A stretch of 64,000 bases of DNA from Lingula anatina (taxonomy: Eukaryota; Animalia; Brachiopoda), in NCBI GenBank assembly GCA_051362555.1, contig CM120646.1:19592001-19656000 (forward strand). The letters are read 5' to 3'. Shown one piece after another: positions 1-13,277 of the stretch. The translations under genes were made by a program, and so were the position numbers. Every line of letters begins with the position of its first letter. Position 1 is the stretch's first letter. A model generated the notes under the pieces. It did not search any database. It was not told the DNA's origin and was given only the letters and a program-made list of their open reading frames with translations.

Positions 1-1987
1 ACAGACATAGGACACAGCTTAGAAAAGTCTTTACTAGAAGATATTCATATATTTAAATATATGTAGCAACTGGTCTAGTATTATAACATATTATAACTCG
101 TTACGTTTAATTGAGAATGTTCTGATGTTTCCATTTTCATAAGAATTAAATAGTAATACTTAAAAGTCCAGTATGAAACTTAGGTCTAAGACTTGCTGCC
201 ACATCCAACACAATCTTAACTCTTACCATCACACTTAACACAATCATATCAACTCATATGTATAAATAGTATAGGGAAAGAATATATACTCATATATGTG
301 CACATGCACATGACATCCACTCTTGCCTTACTCCTGCGTACATCAAACACAATTTGCTGACTCGGCAGTCTTAAAGCTCTGATCACAATTTTCTACCATT
401 TTACTATAATTCTTCCACATCTGGCACAATAGTTTGGCTGTACTTGTTTTTTATCATGGCAATGTGTTATCACCTTATTGTCTAGACAAGCTCCAATACG
501 GTATTATAACATTTTAATACATAACAATTGTCACAGATATCACACAGTATATATCAGCCATCACATGGTGCTGGTTGGGCATCGTGTCAACAATATTTGG
601 TGTTGTGGTCAATATGTAAAACTTAGTGCAAAGCTAGTGTATGCAATATTTTCTTCCAGATTTCTTACAGGACAATAAATGTGAGAGTGGTGTGGTTTCA
701 TATATCCAGAGCACCTGTGACACTACATGAAGTGACACTACCATTAATACTTACTGGTATTCTAGAGTATACATATCTATGGACGGGTTCCTGAGTTGAT
801 AAGAAAATCATCAAAAATGGATAAGTTTTTCAAATAATATATTTGAATTGTACAGAGCATGTACTTTCAAATCATTTGTGTGTGTGTGTGTTAAATATGA
901 ATAAGGAGAGTGAATATAAACATAGTGTGGTAAGAAGTGAGTTAAAAGCCAACACTGCAGGTGTTAAGGATTAGCTGTATAAAACAGTCTACTATCAAGA
1001 TCAATTTGCCACACATTATCATGAAGCAAATAAATATAACACTGCCCTTATATAAAAAAGGACACACAAGTCCAGAAAAAATGACAGAGAAATGATGTAC
1101 AAGTTGTTGGAATAAGTCACATTTTTCTCAACAACTGGTTTCAAAAGGTAAATATGTTTTCACATGTTTAGAATACCAAAAAATAAACATCAATATATAA
1201 ATATATATATGGAAAACGATTTTTCTTCACCATTTTTTCAAGTGATTTTTCATCTCTGTCATGTTTACATGGTCTGTCAAAAAAGAAAGCAACTAAATAA
1301 TATGAGCAGACTGCTGAAGTAGAAAAATGCTAACACATGTACAAGGAGTGATAAGGTACGCAGATGACTCTCAGGAAAAAGGGAATCATAATGATTTGAA
1401 GTGATGTGAGAACTTCCTGGTTGATGGGTTGCACCAAAGGGAAATAAAATGTTTTTCTTACTTGACTACAGAGCAATAACATGCCCACTTGAATAGGGTA
1501 AGGAAGCATGACTAGGTTAGAAAAAAAAGAATGGGTTGCTATTTTGTATAAGAGATAAGTTTAAAGGAGTCCAATAACTTCTATTAAACATCCAGGCAGT
1601 TTATTTGAGGATAGTTAATTTAATAAGAAAAATCAAGGAAGGAAGAAAGCTTTTGAGTCACTTTATATTACTTTGATTACGAAGTGTAGGTGATAGGTAT
1701 CTCAAGTTACAAAGAGGGTGAACATTAAAAAAAAAACTTGCCATTTACTTATATAGAAAAAATTATGTGTTAACATTTAGTAACTGAGATTTGCCTATGG
1801 CAGTTTTAACAGCTGGACTTAAATCCCAAATACACAAATATTTTAATCTTATACAAAGTAACAGCTGGAGGATATTTTTCCAAAAATCCAACACATTATA
1901 TATACAGAGGCATACCTCTTTCTTGAATCCAATGGACACAAACATATCTTTAGTGTCAGGAAACAATGATATAAGTCATTTACAAAC

Positions 1988-2080
1988 CTCTCCCAAAAAT
2001 GGTGTCTTTTCCATAAACTTGTCATGGTCTGGGTTGTAGGACTCTACAAGATCCCGAGCCCGGTTATGAGTCTCTACTTG
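1988..2080 (-). CDS. SLC37A2: Probable SLC37A-like exon 9 (central cytosolic loop, possibly alternative)
   Basis: ctaacag acceptor; 93 nt open in phase 0/0 (QVETHNRARDLVESYNPDHDKFMEKTPFLGE); GAG|gtttgt donor is weak. The remaining exons are not identified and probably lie mostly beyond the left edge. Confidence 0.55.
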
Positions 2081-2696
2081 CTGTTAGTTGTTAAAAGAAG
2101 TACAAACACATATAAGCAAACAGAAGCAGACAGGTTGATAAACACTCAATATACAGACATTCTAGTTAAAATATAATGAAGCTTAAAAAGGCCAGAAGCA
2201 AGGATTCTGTATGGTTGGCTATCACACTTGGGGTTAGCACTGCTTACTGACTATCAGCAATTTATATATAATATATATATTTATATTTCAAGCACATGCA
2301 AAAAATAAAGCCACTACTAACACAACAGAAGAATGTGTCAAACTAAAATCAAGCACTTCACAGCCTAAATAGCAAAAGAAAGAAAGAAAAATGCAAGTAT
2401 GTTAATAAGTAATTTCTAAACATTTAATTGTTTTTCAACAATATCAAGACAAAATGATACATCAAATGATAGATTAAATATCCATAATCATAGTACGAAT
2501 GTCTCAAATATAAATCATCAAATTCTAATTTATTTTCAGGTTAGATTCTTGACTGAAATTTTAAAACAAGGCAGATGCCTAGATTACTTAAGATCCACAT
2601 TCACCATTGATAAATCTATGTTCACAGAATGTAAAATTGATTAATTTTTCTTTTTTAAAATAAATAAAAAAAATAAACAACTATTAACTAAGTTAC

Positions 2697-2740
2697 CTTG
2701 CCCTGATGGTCTGGTAAACTACATTCAACATCTTCTGGGT
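2697..2740 (-). CDS. SLC37A2: SLC37A-like exon 8
   Basis: Encodes DPEDVECSLPDHQGK (PEDVxC motif); phase 1->0; AAG|gtaac donor. Confidence 0.9.
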
Positions 2741-3085
2741 CTGAAAAAAAAGGGAGAAAAGAAACAAGTGCTTCTTTGAACTGCTTATCTCATTAATGTG
2801 CTGGGAAATTCTTTCTTTGGGGAGGGGGGGGGGAACAATTTTAAATTCTGACTTTGATGACAACCAGTGGGAAACTAAATCCCTTACAAAGTGCTAAAAG
2901 TATTGCACTGTGTATTTAAGTTCAGCCATAGACTAAATACTGTTAAACTTGTTAACTCACTTTAAATAGATGACTAATTATCTTCATAAACAGAAGTGCA
3001 GTGCACATTCAAAAAACTTTTTAGCCTACTGGCCCTTTCAGCCACCAGGCATAATACAGCAAATTAAGACTTCAAATGTACTCAC

Positions 3086-3252
3086 CAGGCACAAGGAAGA
3101 AGAACACCACTATCCCAAGTCCTCCTATTATCAGGCCAGGGACCACAAAGGACCACCCCCAGGCATAGTTGACAAAGGCAGCAGCTATGACAGAACCAAG
3201 GATGTTCCCTACGCTGGTGTGAGAGTTCCACACCCCCATGATAAAACCTCGC
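3086..3252 (-). CDS. SLC37A2: SLC37A-like exon 7
   Basis: Encodes RGFIMGVWNSHTSVGNILGSVIAAAFVNYAWGWSFVVPGLIIGGLGIVVFFFLVP; WNSHTSVGNILG is diagnostic of SLC37A1/2; phase 2->1. Confidence 0.97.
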
Positions 3253-3504
3253 CTGGAACACAGAACCAACCAGTTGAATGGGTTGTTTACAGTTGAAGAA
3301 TCATAAGATGAATTGAATTACATCGTCTTTTCAATTTATAGTTTAATAGGATGCAAATGTCCATTTTATTAAAAACTGATATCATTTATAATCGGAAAAC
3401 TACAAGACAAAACAATTTATTGAAATTGGATTCCGATGTCCTTTGTAGCAACAGTACTGTTAAATAAATGTTGTATGATCTAGAAAAATCTATTTTTTCT
3501 GTTT

Positions 3505-3733
3505 CAATCTTCACTCTTGCTGCAACATCCAATACAATGATTATCCCTAATTTAGTTGCCACATCTAACACAATCCTCTCACTTGCTGTCACATCCAACA
3601 CAATAATCTCCCCTCTCGTAGTCACATCTAACACAATCCCTCCTCTTGTTGACACATCCAACACATTCCTTACACTTGCTATCACATCCAACACAATCTC
3701 CACTCTCATCCTCACATCTAACGCAATCACATC
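3505..3733. repeat. Degenerate about 30-33-bp tandem minisatellite (cacatccaacacaatc...cttgct)
   Basis: About 7 units visible in SLC37A intron 6; related units at about 190-250 and about 18240. Confidence 0.8.
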
Positions 3734-3740
3734 AACTCAC

Positions 3741-3817
3741 TTTCCCTTGCCAAACCAATTCCCCACTGTGGCCACCACACTAGGCCAGCCTGTAGACTGG
3801 AACAACCCAGTAATGAT
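3741..3817 (-). CDS. SLC37A2: SLC37A-like exon 6
   Basis: Encodes IITGLFQSTGWPSVVATVGNWFGKGK (GlpT/OPA family QxxGWP...NWF signature); phase 0->2; gtgag donor. Confidence 0.97.
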
Positions 3818-4147
3818 CTGAAATAGAAACACGAGTTTATCACACTTTGCATACCACTGATAATATATTTATGATAATCAAAACCAGACAGATAATATCC
3901 AGTCAATCTAACTGTTATGTAATCCAGCTTATGCAATCATTGTCATATGCAAAAATGTGACTTACAGTAAACATCTAAACTAGAAAATCAATTGATTATT
4001 TCTATTGCTATAATTTAAGTAAAATGACAGAGGAAATTCAATTTACAACACTTTTGTGCAGCAAATCTCTTCTATTGAAGAAATAAAAAAAGATGTTAAA
4101 AATATACTACAAACATCAAAAAACTTTAAAGTGCCTGAGTGTCCTAC

Positions 4148-4283
4148 CTGTACAGTTAAATAAAATATTAATATATGGATATTCCAGAAGTATCCCATGC
4201 CAAACAGAGCAGTAAGAATTCCTGTCAAAATCATTCCCACGCTGAGGAAATATCTTAAATTCATCCTTTCTGCAACATGGCCG
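4148..4283 (-). CDS. SLC37A2: SLC37A-like exon 5
   Basis: Encodes GHVAERMNLRYFLSVGMILTGILTALFGMGYFWNIHILIFYLTVQ (MFS motif A-like); phase 2->0. Confidence 0.96.
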
Positions 4284-4972
4284 CTGAAAGAAAGAAGATA
4301 CGGATTTAATTGGAAAACTACATTAAGCCTTCAATAATTTATCAAATAAATACATTAGTACATAGCTGTAACAGGCATTTTAAAATGAGTTCTTTAAAAT
4401 ATGACAATAACTTCATAGCTAGCACCAATGCATACACTCTTGCCTATCACAGAGTATTATATATAATGTGACATACATAACATAATTTAACAGCTTTTGT
4501 TATAAAATAAGTACATCCTTAATAATAAATGAAAAAAAAACTGGATATATAAAGTTAAAATCATAAAGACAAGCCAATTTCACAAGGCTGATATTTTGGG
4601 AGGAGACCACAAAAAAAAAAAGGTTGTTACTCATGCCACATGACAGAACTTTGATGCGACTCATGTGATCTGCACTGATCTGTGAACAGTCCCAAAACAA
4701 CAATGTTCAATGAACACGTGCACAATATAAAACCCCATTCAAATGGTTCTTGAGCACTTTTATAAAGAAACATCCAACCTTCAAATAGATCCAAGTCAAT
4801 ATCAGGGCATCAATTTCATTCTGTTCAATGATTCATATAAGCCTGTTTATTTCATATGAAAGACAAGAAATGGGATATGTCATTTCCAACCAATGTAAAG
4901 ATGCTGAATCAGCATATGATGACACATATGTGATTGAAATGACAATAGTTCCTAGCCAATACATGTACCTAC

Positions 4973-5051
4973 CTAATAAACATGCCTACAGCATAGGCAA
5001 ATAAGAAAGCATAGTCCAAGCTACCAAGCAGTTCCTCTGCATTCTCTTTAT
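4973..5051 (-). CDS. SLC37A2: SLC37A-like exon 4
   Basis: Encodes DKENAEELLGSLDYAFLFAYAVGMFIS; phase 1->2; cag acceptor, gtagg donor. Confidence 0.95.
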
Positions 5052-5534
5052 CTGAAAAAAAAGAAACTTTTTATACAAAATTTTCATAAAGGCTTAGAAA
5101 AACAATAAGAAGAATTAAACATGAACCATATGACATCATAAATATTTAACACACCTCCCTAAAGCTTTTTTGGATGTGACAATGAATATATCCATACATG
5201 GCCGATCAGTATGATAATGGGCCATATACATAAACTATACCAAACTATTGCTTTAAGCAGATTGCCCTATAAATACTGGCCAGATGCCAAACATGGTTAA
5301 CATAGAACCAGTCTGTGGAAATTTTGTGAGTTTGTTCAAAATCTTTTTATATTACTCTAACATTATTATTTATGGCCGCTTTTGCTGATTTTGACCAGAA
5401 GTCTAAAGAATTTATTGGACACAGACTGTTTAAACCTGCAGGCTATGTGCATTTATCATTTTGAACAATGGAAATATCACCATTCACCTCAACAATATTC
5501 AATGTCTTGATACTGTAGAGACAGTTCTACTTAC

Positions 5535-5613
5535 CAAAAGGCTTCCAATCACAGGCTGTATCATTGAGTGAAAAGTTATCTGCTTTACTGGAACAATTCC
5601 CATGGAGGGCATT
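5535..5613 (-). CDS. SLC37A2: SLC37A-like exon 3 (luminal loop)
   Basis: Encodes NALHGNCSSKADNFSLNDTACDWKPF with LHxNC and CxWxPF motifs and N-glycosylation sequons; phase 0->1; gtaag donor. Confidence 0.92.
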
Positions 5614-6081
5614 CTATAACAGGAAAAAAAAGTAGCAATAATAAAACTTCCTTGAAGTTATAATCTTTTCTCCTCCTAGTTCAAGGACACAACTTCTATA
5701 TAAAATATAGACTAGGACCAACAATGACAATAGCAAACACTCAACAACAAGGACAATGAAGATGAAGAAGCACAAAGCTATGAAATAGCACACAAGTACT
5801 GGACATGCTATCACAGACATAGTTAAAAATGCCCAAGAGACTCATAGGAATAATGTAAATGCAAATATTTAATGTGAAAAGGAATCTTCATGGATACTAA
5901 CATACTTTTTTGCACTTTTTGTCTTTTTTAAATCTGAAAAACTGTAATTTAAATCATATTTGCTTCAAATACCGTATACTGAAGCAAGTTTGGCAGGCTT
6001 ATTTTCAATATATAAAGCCTTTTAGTCACATGCACGCATGCAATTAATAAATAAATAAATAACTTTTAACAAAAAACTTAC

Positions 6082-6163
6082 CTTAACTACGCTGAGAGGC
6101 TTTTTGGCAAGATGATATGATGTGTATACAAGAAATGTCAATATTAAAATATACGCTCGGTAG
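6082..6163 (-). CDS. SLC37A2: SLC37A-like exon 2 (TM1)
   Basis: poly-T/cag acceptor; encodes YRAYILILTFLVYTSYHLAKKPLSVVK (family motif LTFxxYxxYHxxRKPxSxVK); donor AAG|gtaag. Confidence 0.95.
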
Positions 6164-7102
6164 CTGAAAAAAAAAAGACAAAAAGGGGCATAAAAAAACT
6201 ACAAAGAATAATAAATACAACAACAATTAAATAATTTGATTTCTAGTCAAATCAAATATTCCTGAAGGGCCATGTCATTCTTGCTGGTAGCGAAAAGCCT
6301 CTGACCAAGCAAACATATAAAAAATCTATATAAAAATAATGACTTCAACTAATTCTAATGTAGGATATTATTCATGCCCTACTTTTTGGGAACACTGCAG
6401 CCTACAGTTATGAATAATGAATAAAAAGCTGGTAGCCTTTGGCAGGTATCTGTTTAATACATGTGACTAAAATCCACATCCTCTGCAATACCTGGAGGCA
6501 TACTTACTAATGGAATTAAACTTTTAAGGAAGCCATGTGTAAGATAAGTGTATACACTTAACATGTTTTACCCTCTTTAAATAAGGTTTATTATCATTTT
6601 TATTATTATTGTTCTTATCATTAACATCAATTTAAACCTGTTCAGTCAAATAAAATGAAAAGCTTAAGTCGTGATGTTTGCATTGTGTACTCATTTCATG
6701 TCTCATCAACATTTCAAGTTATTATTTTTTTCAGTCACGTCAGTTAAGATGCAGTAAGTGGTATATATTGAATGAAGATGTAACTAACTTGAAAATATAA
6801 ACACCTAAACTATGCCAAACGTAGGTTGTAGTTTAATTAAGCGTACAAACGAAACACACAAAAATTGATAACATAGATTCATGTGTGTGCGGCAATATAC
6901 TATGAGTCATGCAATCAGTTAATGTCTTGGCGCAGGTTATAACCTAATTCCGCGGTCGGTGACTGTGAGTGTGACACTGACACTAGCGTTGGGATCATAG
7001 AAGTTGATTTCCACTTAAATCTGTGTGTAGTGTCGCGAATCTAAGATTTATCTGAACGTGATTAGTTTCAGCAATATCTTGACATTCTTTGGTGTTTCTT
7101 AC

Positions 7103-7179
7103 CCCTTGTTTCTATCACAGCAACAAGATCCACCAGCTTGTTGAAGACAGCGGATACCTGGAGCTACCGAGTTGGACAT
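7103..7179 (-). CDS. SLC37A2: SLC37A1/2-like sugar-phosphate exchanger, coding exon 1
   Basis: ATG at 7179 gives MSNSVAPGIRCLQQAGGSCCCDRNK-G, with donor GG|gtaag at 7102 (phase 2). The S-V-A-P-G start resembles the vertebrate SLC37A2 N-terminus as I recall it (MRSSLAPG). Confidence 0.85.
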
Positions 7180-8167
7180 TTTGGCAGGTCACATGATCTG
7201 TTAAGCAAGCCGCGATATCACGAGCGAGCTAATCCTAAGAACTATTTGCAGTCTCACATAAACCACCTCTTCACCTTTGGCCTGTTTTCTGTTTTGGATT
7301 ATTATTTTAATTTTAGTCTTAAATAAATTAAGTATCAAAATGCTTTTTGTTTTCTTTGAAGCACTGGAATATTTACACTTTCTAAACGAGAACTCGTTTT
7401 CAATAGTGCATTTTATTTAAATACCGTACTGATAACGAGACTCCAATTTGGTAGGCGTTTATGTGAAAAAAATAAAAACTTGAATGTAAAAGGGATTAAG
7501 TTAAAATATCAAATAATTTTTAATTAATCTTAATAAATTAAGATAATTCAGGAATACTAATAGTTTCATTAATGTTTTCATATTGACAATCTGCTAGTTC
7601 CAATGTTGCGGTCCTCCTATACTTCCGTTTTGCTAAAAATAGTTCCAATTTGGACTATTTACCGGATCTTACTTCTGATATTAATGGGCATTTTAAATAA
7701 ATGCTCATCATTGAGTTATTTTCATCTGTTTGGTAAAGAAATGCACATTCGTTATGTATTTTTAACAATATGCTAGCCATCTTTATTCTGGACGAAACAA
7801 TAAATGCTTTTATTTATTTATTAGATTTATTTTCCATCGGAAGTAACAACCACATTGCAGCTGTTGCTCGGCTTTGTCTCAAAGTGGTAAATTCATTAAA
7901 AATTTCCAAATTTCATTGTAGATATTCAACAACATTAGCTGATTGATGGTAATAATATCCCAAATTGACACAGATTTGACAAGCGGACCCTCTAAAGCGT
8001 GCACTAATACCACCTTGTCCCATCTGAGGAAAACGGAAGCACGGGCGGTGAACGGGAGCGTATTTACAATCAGTGGGAGTAAAGCAAGTTATTCCAAATT
8101 TGATGTGTCACTGCGAGAACTATCTTACAACAAATGACCATAAACACACGCCGGTAGTAGCTTCAAA
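7180..8167. promoter_or_regulatory. Head-to-head (bidirectional) promoter region between SLC37A and the RhoGEF
   Basis: Divergent ATGs at 7179(-) and 8168(+); CpG is visibly more frequent here than in the introns; CGGAAG ETS-type motifs at about 7621, 7838 and 8034; E-box GTCACATGA at 7188-7196. Confidence 0.7.
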
Positions 8168-8184
8168 ATGTCCGTAAATGACAA
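8168..8184 (+). CDS. ARHGEF11: PDZ-RGS RhoGEF (ARHGEF11/12, RhoGEF2-like), first coding exon 1a
   Basis: caaaATG TCC GTA AAT GAC AA|gtaagt. Phase 2 joins exon 17695 to give MSVNDKLGSLS, resembling the ARHGEF11 start as I recall it (MSV...DRLSSLS). Confidence 0.8.
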
Positions 8185-10039
8185 GTAAGTTGGCCTTTCT
8201 TTACATTTTAACGGACTGGTGGGTGTCTTGATAAAATTCAAGAGTGGTGAATGTAGTTAAAAATTGGGTCAGACCCAATCCATTCATTCCAGTTTACACA
8301 GAATGTGATGAAAGTGATAACAATTTGTCACCAGTAGCTGTGGGTGAAGACAGATGCTTTCCTGCCCAAGTACTCTCTCCTAATCTCTTACACTGATTCT
8401 TCAGTGATTGACCCTGTACAAGTGCCCTGGGAAAAGATAAACAGGACAGTGGACACTAGAACAGCAGCTGCTGTAACTAGAAGGAATAGCCCAATATCAA
8501 CAAGGCACGCTCGGCTATCACCTCGATTGGTTAGAAAATTAAAATCTCCCTATAATTGCTACATGAATTAAAAATGGGTTGCATAATCTTTGAAACCACA
8601 TAAAATGATCGTGCCATACTAGTCTACTATAAAGCAGTAAACCCTATCAGAATCAGTTAAAGTATTCAAAACGAATGCCGTTAAGTTCCCATAGGCTCCC
8701 ATAGAGTCAATAAAATAGGGAGAGCTTGTGAAACAAGGATACCCTCGAGGCACATTAAAAATTCAAAATAAAATAGAGACAGCCTTCAAATCACGCTCAA
8801 ACTCACTCCATTTACATCAAATGTCCTCATTTACATTGTCCATTCATTGTTGGTAAATCCCACACGGACATTGGTTGAAATCCATGATAAACGCCTAAGA
8901 AGACCTCCTCGTTCAGACTGCTAAAAGCGTTAGGTGCACTTGTACCCTTAGCCTAGAAATGATTTATGACATGTTACCTCTACTTGGTCATGTCTAGATA
9001 AATGTACAACAATTTTTTTTAAATTTTGGCTTTTAAAAACCTTTTCTACTCTCTTTTAGCTGATTTGCATGTATAATTGGAAGGCATGGTAAAAACAAAC
9101 TTGCCTGTTTTGATTATGAGCGCAAACTTAAATTATGGGCATAGACTATTACATTACAATTGATTTGTAGTAAAGTCTAGGAAGATCTCTATAAGATTGC
9201 ACAATTTTTGTTATAACATGAGTATTGTGTGTTAATTTACTGTCATTAGTTCTAGTAAGCCTTTAAGTCATGTTTATCAGAGCACGATATAGCTGTCATT
9301 GTGCAGAGTAAATTGATTCCATTAAAACCCTAGAGACTGTTAAATCTGCAATTATCAATATATAACAGTGTTTGATCTTCTAAAGCCAGTAATGCACCAA
9401 CAATAGTTGTACATTTCCCATGTTGTACTCATTAGATGCTGTTAGCTTCAAGTGAGCCCCAAACCAACAAACTGTGTGAATAGTGTAAAAATATTTCCAA
9501 TCTGTCTTGGATTGCTGGTGTTGATTGTTGAAAATAATTGAGGTATAACAAATATATGTATCACACTGTCTTTATTTTTATGGCAATGACATACAAAAGA
9601 AGTTAAAGTTTTTTTGCTTCACTTCAAAACTCTACCTTTTTTTCTAAACTAAAACACATTGGATAAATTTATCTATTATTTGCATAGCTGTTTTCTTTAT
9701 TATGTGTAAACTTAAGTGTATATTTATATAACATATATTCACTAATGTTCCAAGACTCCTAAAATTTATTTCATGAATGACTAAAGGACATACTAGCAGA
9801 AAGACTGTGGTATGGATTTCTGCAAATTTGTCTCTTAATTACTGTCAGAGCACGACATACTATCTATCCATCACAGCAGTGTTTGATGATAATGATTTAT
9901 AATAAATTATAGTTATCTTTTCCTGTGTGAGATATGAGCACTCAGTTTGTGTACAAATGCCACTTCAAGCTTGATTATTTTATATGAACCTCCATAAGAA
10001 AGTAAAGTTGTGGTTTTACATATTGGGACCAAAGGCAAG

Positions 10040-10043
<4 letters not shown>

Positions 10044-10074
<31 letters not shown>

Positions 10075-10090
10075 TGTGTGTGTGTGTGTG
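10044..10090. repeat. (GT)n microsatellite
   Basis: Directly visible. Confidence 0.95.
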
Positions 10091-13000
10091 CATGTAAGTG
10101 TGTGAACATGTGTATGTTATTTTTAGGTTGATGATAGCATAAAATAATCTTTAAGTAATATGGCTCCACCCTGTTCAAAGTAATAACACTTGATTTTATT
10201 GTGTTGTTATCAGGGTTTTTTATCGTGCGGTATAGGCTGTGTTATTTTCATTTGAAGTGAATTGTAATAATCAGTGATGTAGTGCTCAGCTATTCCTTGT
10301 CAGTTAATTTACTAGTAGTAGGTTTGGCACACCTGATAAGGTGTGTTTTTTATTGACAACTGAGAAGTCACGGAAGTGGAATATTTCAACAGCAAAATTC
10401 TGAAGTTGCTAGAATAAAGAGAAGTACATTATTAACCTTATTTCAGTTTAATTTAGTTATATCAACCATTTCCTTTGTGATGAAATAAAAACTGATAACA
10501 AACTTTGGAAAGACTTAAAGTGATGTGCAATAGGAAGGCCTGTATATATACTGAAAAATAACAATAGCAATAAAAATAACACCATTGCATATCTGTGACC
10601 TCACTGTCGGACATGTACAAGCTTTAAAGAACTTAAGCTCAGTTATTACCACACCATGTTCTACATACATAATGAATAAGAAAGCATTGATGTCGCAATA
10701 TTAAGATAAAATATGAATACTATGTTAAGAAAACCTCTATGGAGAAGTGGCCCATATTGTGCCCTCACTGTCACAAAAAGAGTGCACAGTCCAGATCAGA
10801 TGTGCACATACCCTTTCAGTGTATAGATGCATGTGTAGGTGTGCATGGATGCATGCACTTGTTAGAGATGGGAGTTTTAAAGGCTATAAGTTCTCGTACA
10901 CATGTTGCTGTGAATTAGCCCCAAGTTATGCAATATATTCATATATATTGTATTAACTGTTTACTTAGACTTATTTGTACTTCACCTAATGTTTATTTGG
11001 GGGCCTTAGAACATGCACGTTTGCTCTCCCAGCAATGTGATATTGATGACAGGTTAACTTATGCAAGGGCATGACTTTTCAACATAAAAAGATTTTTTTG
11101 CAAGCACTCTAAGTGTTCATTATTTTTCTAACATAAAATTAAAATACAAATGAGTTCATCACAGTGGGAAGTTACTAGCCTCTAGTTATAACTCTAGAGT
11201 AGCTGTAACACTGCAAGAACAGCTATGCATAAACAACTCTTGGTGGGAGAAAAAAAAAAGCCTTGGGTGCAGCTCAACTGTATTTTATGATAGGAGAGAT
11301 TTCATTACCTTTGCACTGCCCCCCAAAAAATTATCTACATATTTAGGTCAAATGTCTGTATGTTCAATCCCTAGCCAAGTGAAATCTGATAATTTTCTAA
11401 ATTAAACAAATCACAGGAGGTAAATATACTATTCTGCACTTTATCACTCATTTTGTTGATTTTATGTTTTTTCTATTATTGTGACCTAGATAGATAACTC
11501 GCTTTTTTACAGCTACTCCAGACTGTTTCGATGATTTATATATACTAGTAATCTGTTTGTGTATGTACATCAGCAACAAAGGTTATAGTAAAAATTTTTC
11601 AGTGTATTCCATTCTTTCTTTAAAGAAAATAAATATTACATTATATGATAACTTGAAAAATAGTAAGAATTTTGGTTTTGGTTGTTCCTTTGTATTATAT
11701 ATATATATATATATGGTAGACCAGATATTTGGCCTGAGTTTATATCCATTTTTTTGACAAAGATTCTTCTTTGAATTTGGTCCCTGGTCTTCTCAAGAGT
11801 CATGAGAAATACCCAATTATACCCCAAAAAATGGTATACTGTTAAGAAGTTTCAGAATTAAGATTTGTGCCATATGGCAGTGTTATGTCGGCTCACATGG
11901 CCCCTCCTTCCCCCTATCACCAAACTCCCTCCGGACATGGCTAACCCACCATCTTCTTCCCATTACTTTTCAATATAGTTTTCCCTGTAAGCAAACATTG
12001 CACCTTCTTGCTGTTAGTCAATACACTGATGTGGTGCCTGCAGACCTCCACATTCAAATCAATAAGCAATAACTGGGGCTAAGTGGCAACAATGGAGGAA
12101 ATAAACTGAAATTAATCACACTGGGGGAATGGCTGTAATGGGGCATACATTGCAGCATTTAATGCAACTGGTGGCATTAGCTGTATTATTGGGCATATTA
12201 GCTTAACTCCAGTAAATACAGTATCGAAACTGTGCATTATATTCGCATTCAATTTTTTTGTGAATGATGGTAAAGAACAAGATGCTCTGAATAATGCCCT
12301 ACTTTGCTGCTGTATTCATCCAGGCATATGTAATTTGCTTGCATTACCTCAGTTCCTTTGCATGTTCTTGTATAGGCAGGTGTGAATATGCCTGTGATTA
12401 TTCTCAAACCTGTATAAAATCAAAAACATTTTGTATTTTGAAAGGGGGAAGGGGCATTTCATTTAATTAATTGATAAAAGCCATTATACCAAGTCATTGC
12501 CCTCTTTGTAATAACAGAGATTGGTTCAAAGGCAAGTATTTTTTATGCTCAAAATTGGCATTGAATTTGCAATATCTAATTAGAAAGGGTAGTGCTTTCT
12601 TACAGTGTCTGTTTTCACTCCAAACACAGCTCTTGTTTTCCTCAGAACTTGCAGCATGTACTGGTCACCATTTGTGAATCGTTTCTCCTGGAATAGTATT
12701 GTGATTCCGTGACGTGTTGGTTGCGTTACTCCCTGCTGGTGGAGGTGGTGACCAGTTATGGTTTCCTGGCTTTCAAAGGGGACTGAAATAGCTTTGCTAA
12801 ATGACTTGTTATGAGACATGACTGATAGTAGTGGATGGCAAAGAAGAGGGCAGTGAAGAAATGAATGAAAGAGGGATGGAGAGAGTAAGTGAGTGAGTAA
12901 ATGAGTGAAGAAAAGAAAGAAGTAAGAGAGGGAAGGAAGGAGGGAAGATGACAGAGAAGTTAAGAGGTGAGAGAGAAGGTAAAGATAAGAAAGAAAGTAA

Positions 13001-13158
13001 TAAGAAAAAGGAAGGAAAGAAGTATCTGAAGATAAAATAATTACTTTAGGGAAGATAGTGAAGAAAGTGCCCTTTGATTTTACCTCAGTGCCAGTCTTTG
13101 TGACTGACATCTTTTAGGTGTCATCTCTGTCAACACTCCCCATCAAGTTAATAAAGAA

Positions 13159-13277
13159 ATGTCTCCTGCTTTGTGTTCCTTACTGGAGTCCTTTATGAGA
13201 TGCCCCCTTGCTTGTGTTGCTAGGAGATGCTCCCTGGGTGATTTCCATAGCAATGGTCTGGTGTTTGATATCATTGT
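13159..13277 (+). CDS. Candidate alternative first exon of the RhoGEF (Cys-rich 39-aa N-terminus)
   Basis: ATG...ATT GT|gtaagt, 119 nt, phase 2 matches exon 17695; MSPALCSLLESFMRCPLACVARRCSLGDFHSNGLVFDII. No homology support. Confidence 0.3.

Noticed and set aside
1462-1511. Possible 50-nt SLC37A exon (SCFLTLFKWACYCSVV) with tag/gtaag sites
   Set aside because: Not frame preserving and no family similarity; no downstream partner exon identified.
2970-3296. 108-aa plus-strand ORF
   Set aside because: Antisense shadow of SLC37A exon 7.
3386-3821. 114-aa (-) and 117-aa (+) ORFs
   Set aside because: They are translations of the minisatellite and of the antisense strand of SLC37A exon 6.
12580-13110. 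176-aa hydrophobic ORF on the minus strand
   Set aside because: Arises from a purine-rich low-complexity tract (about 12840-13070); the S/L/F bias is compositional.
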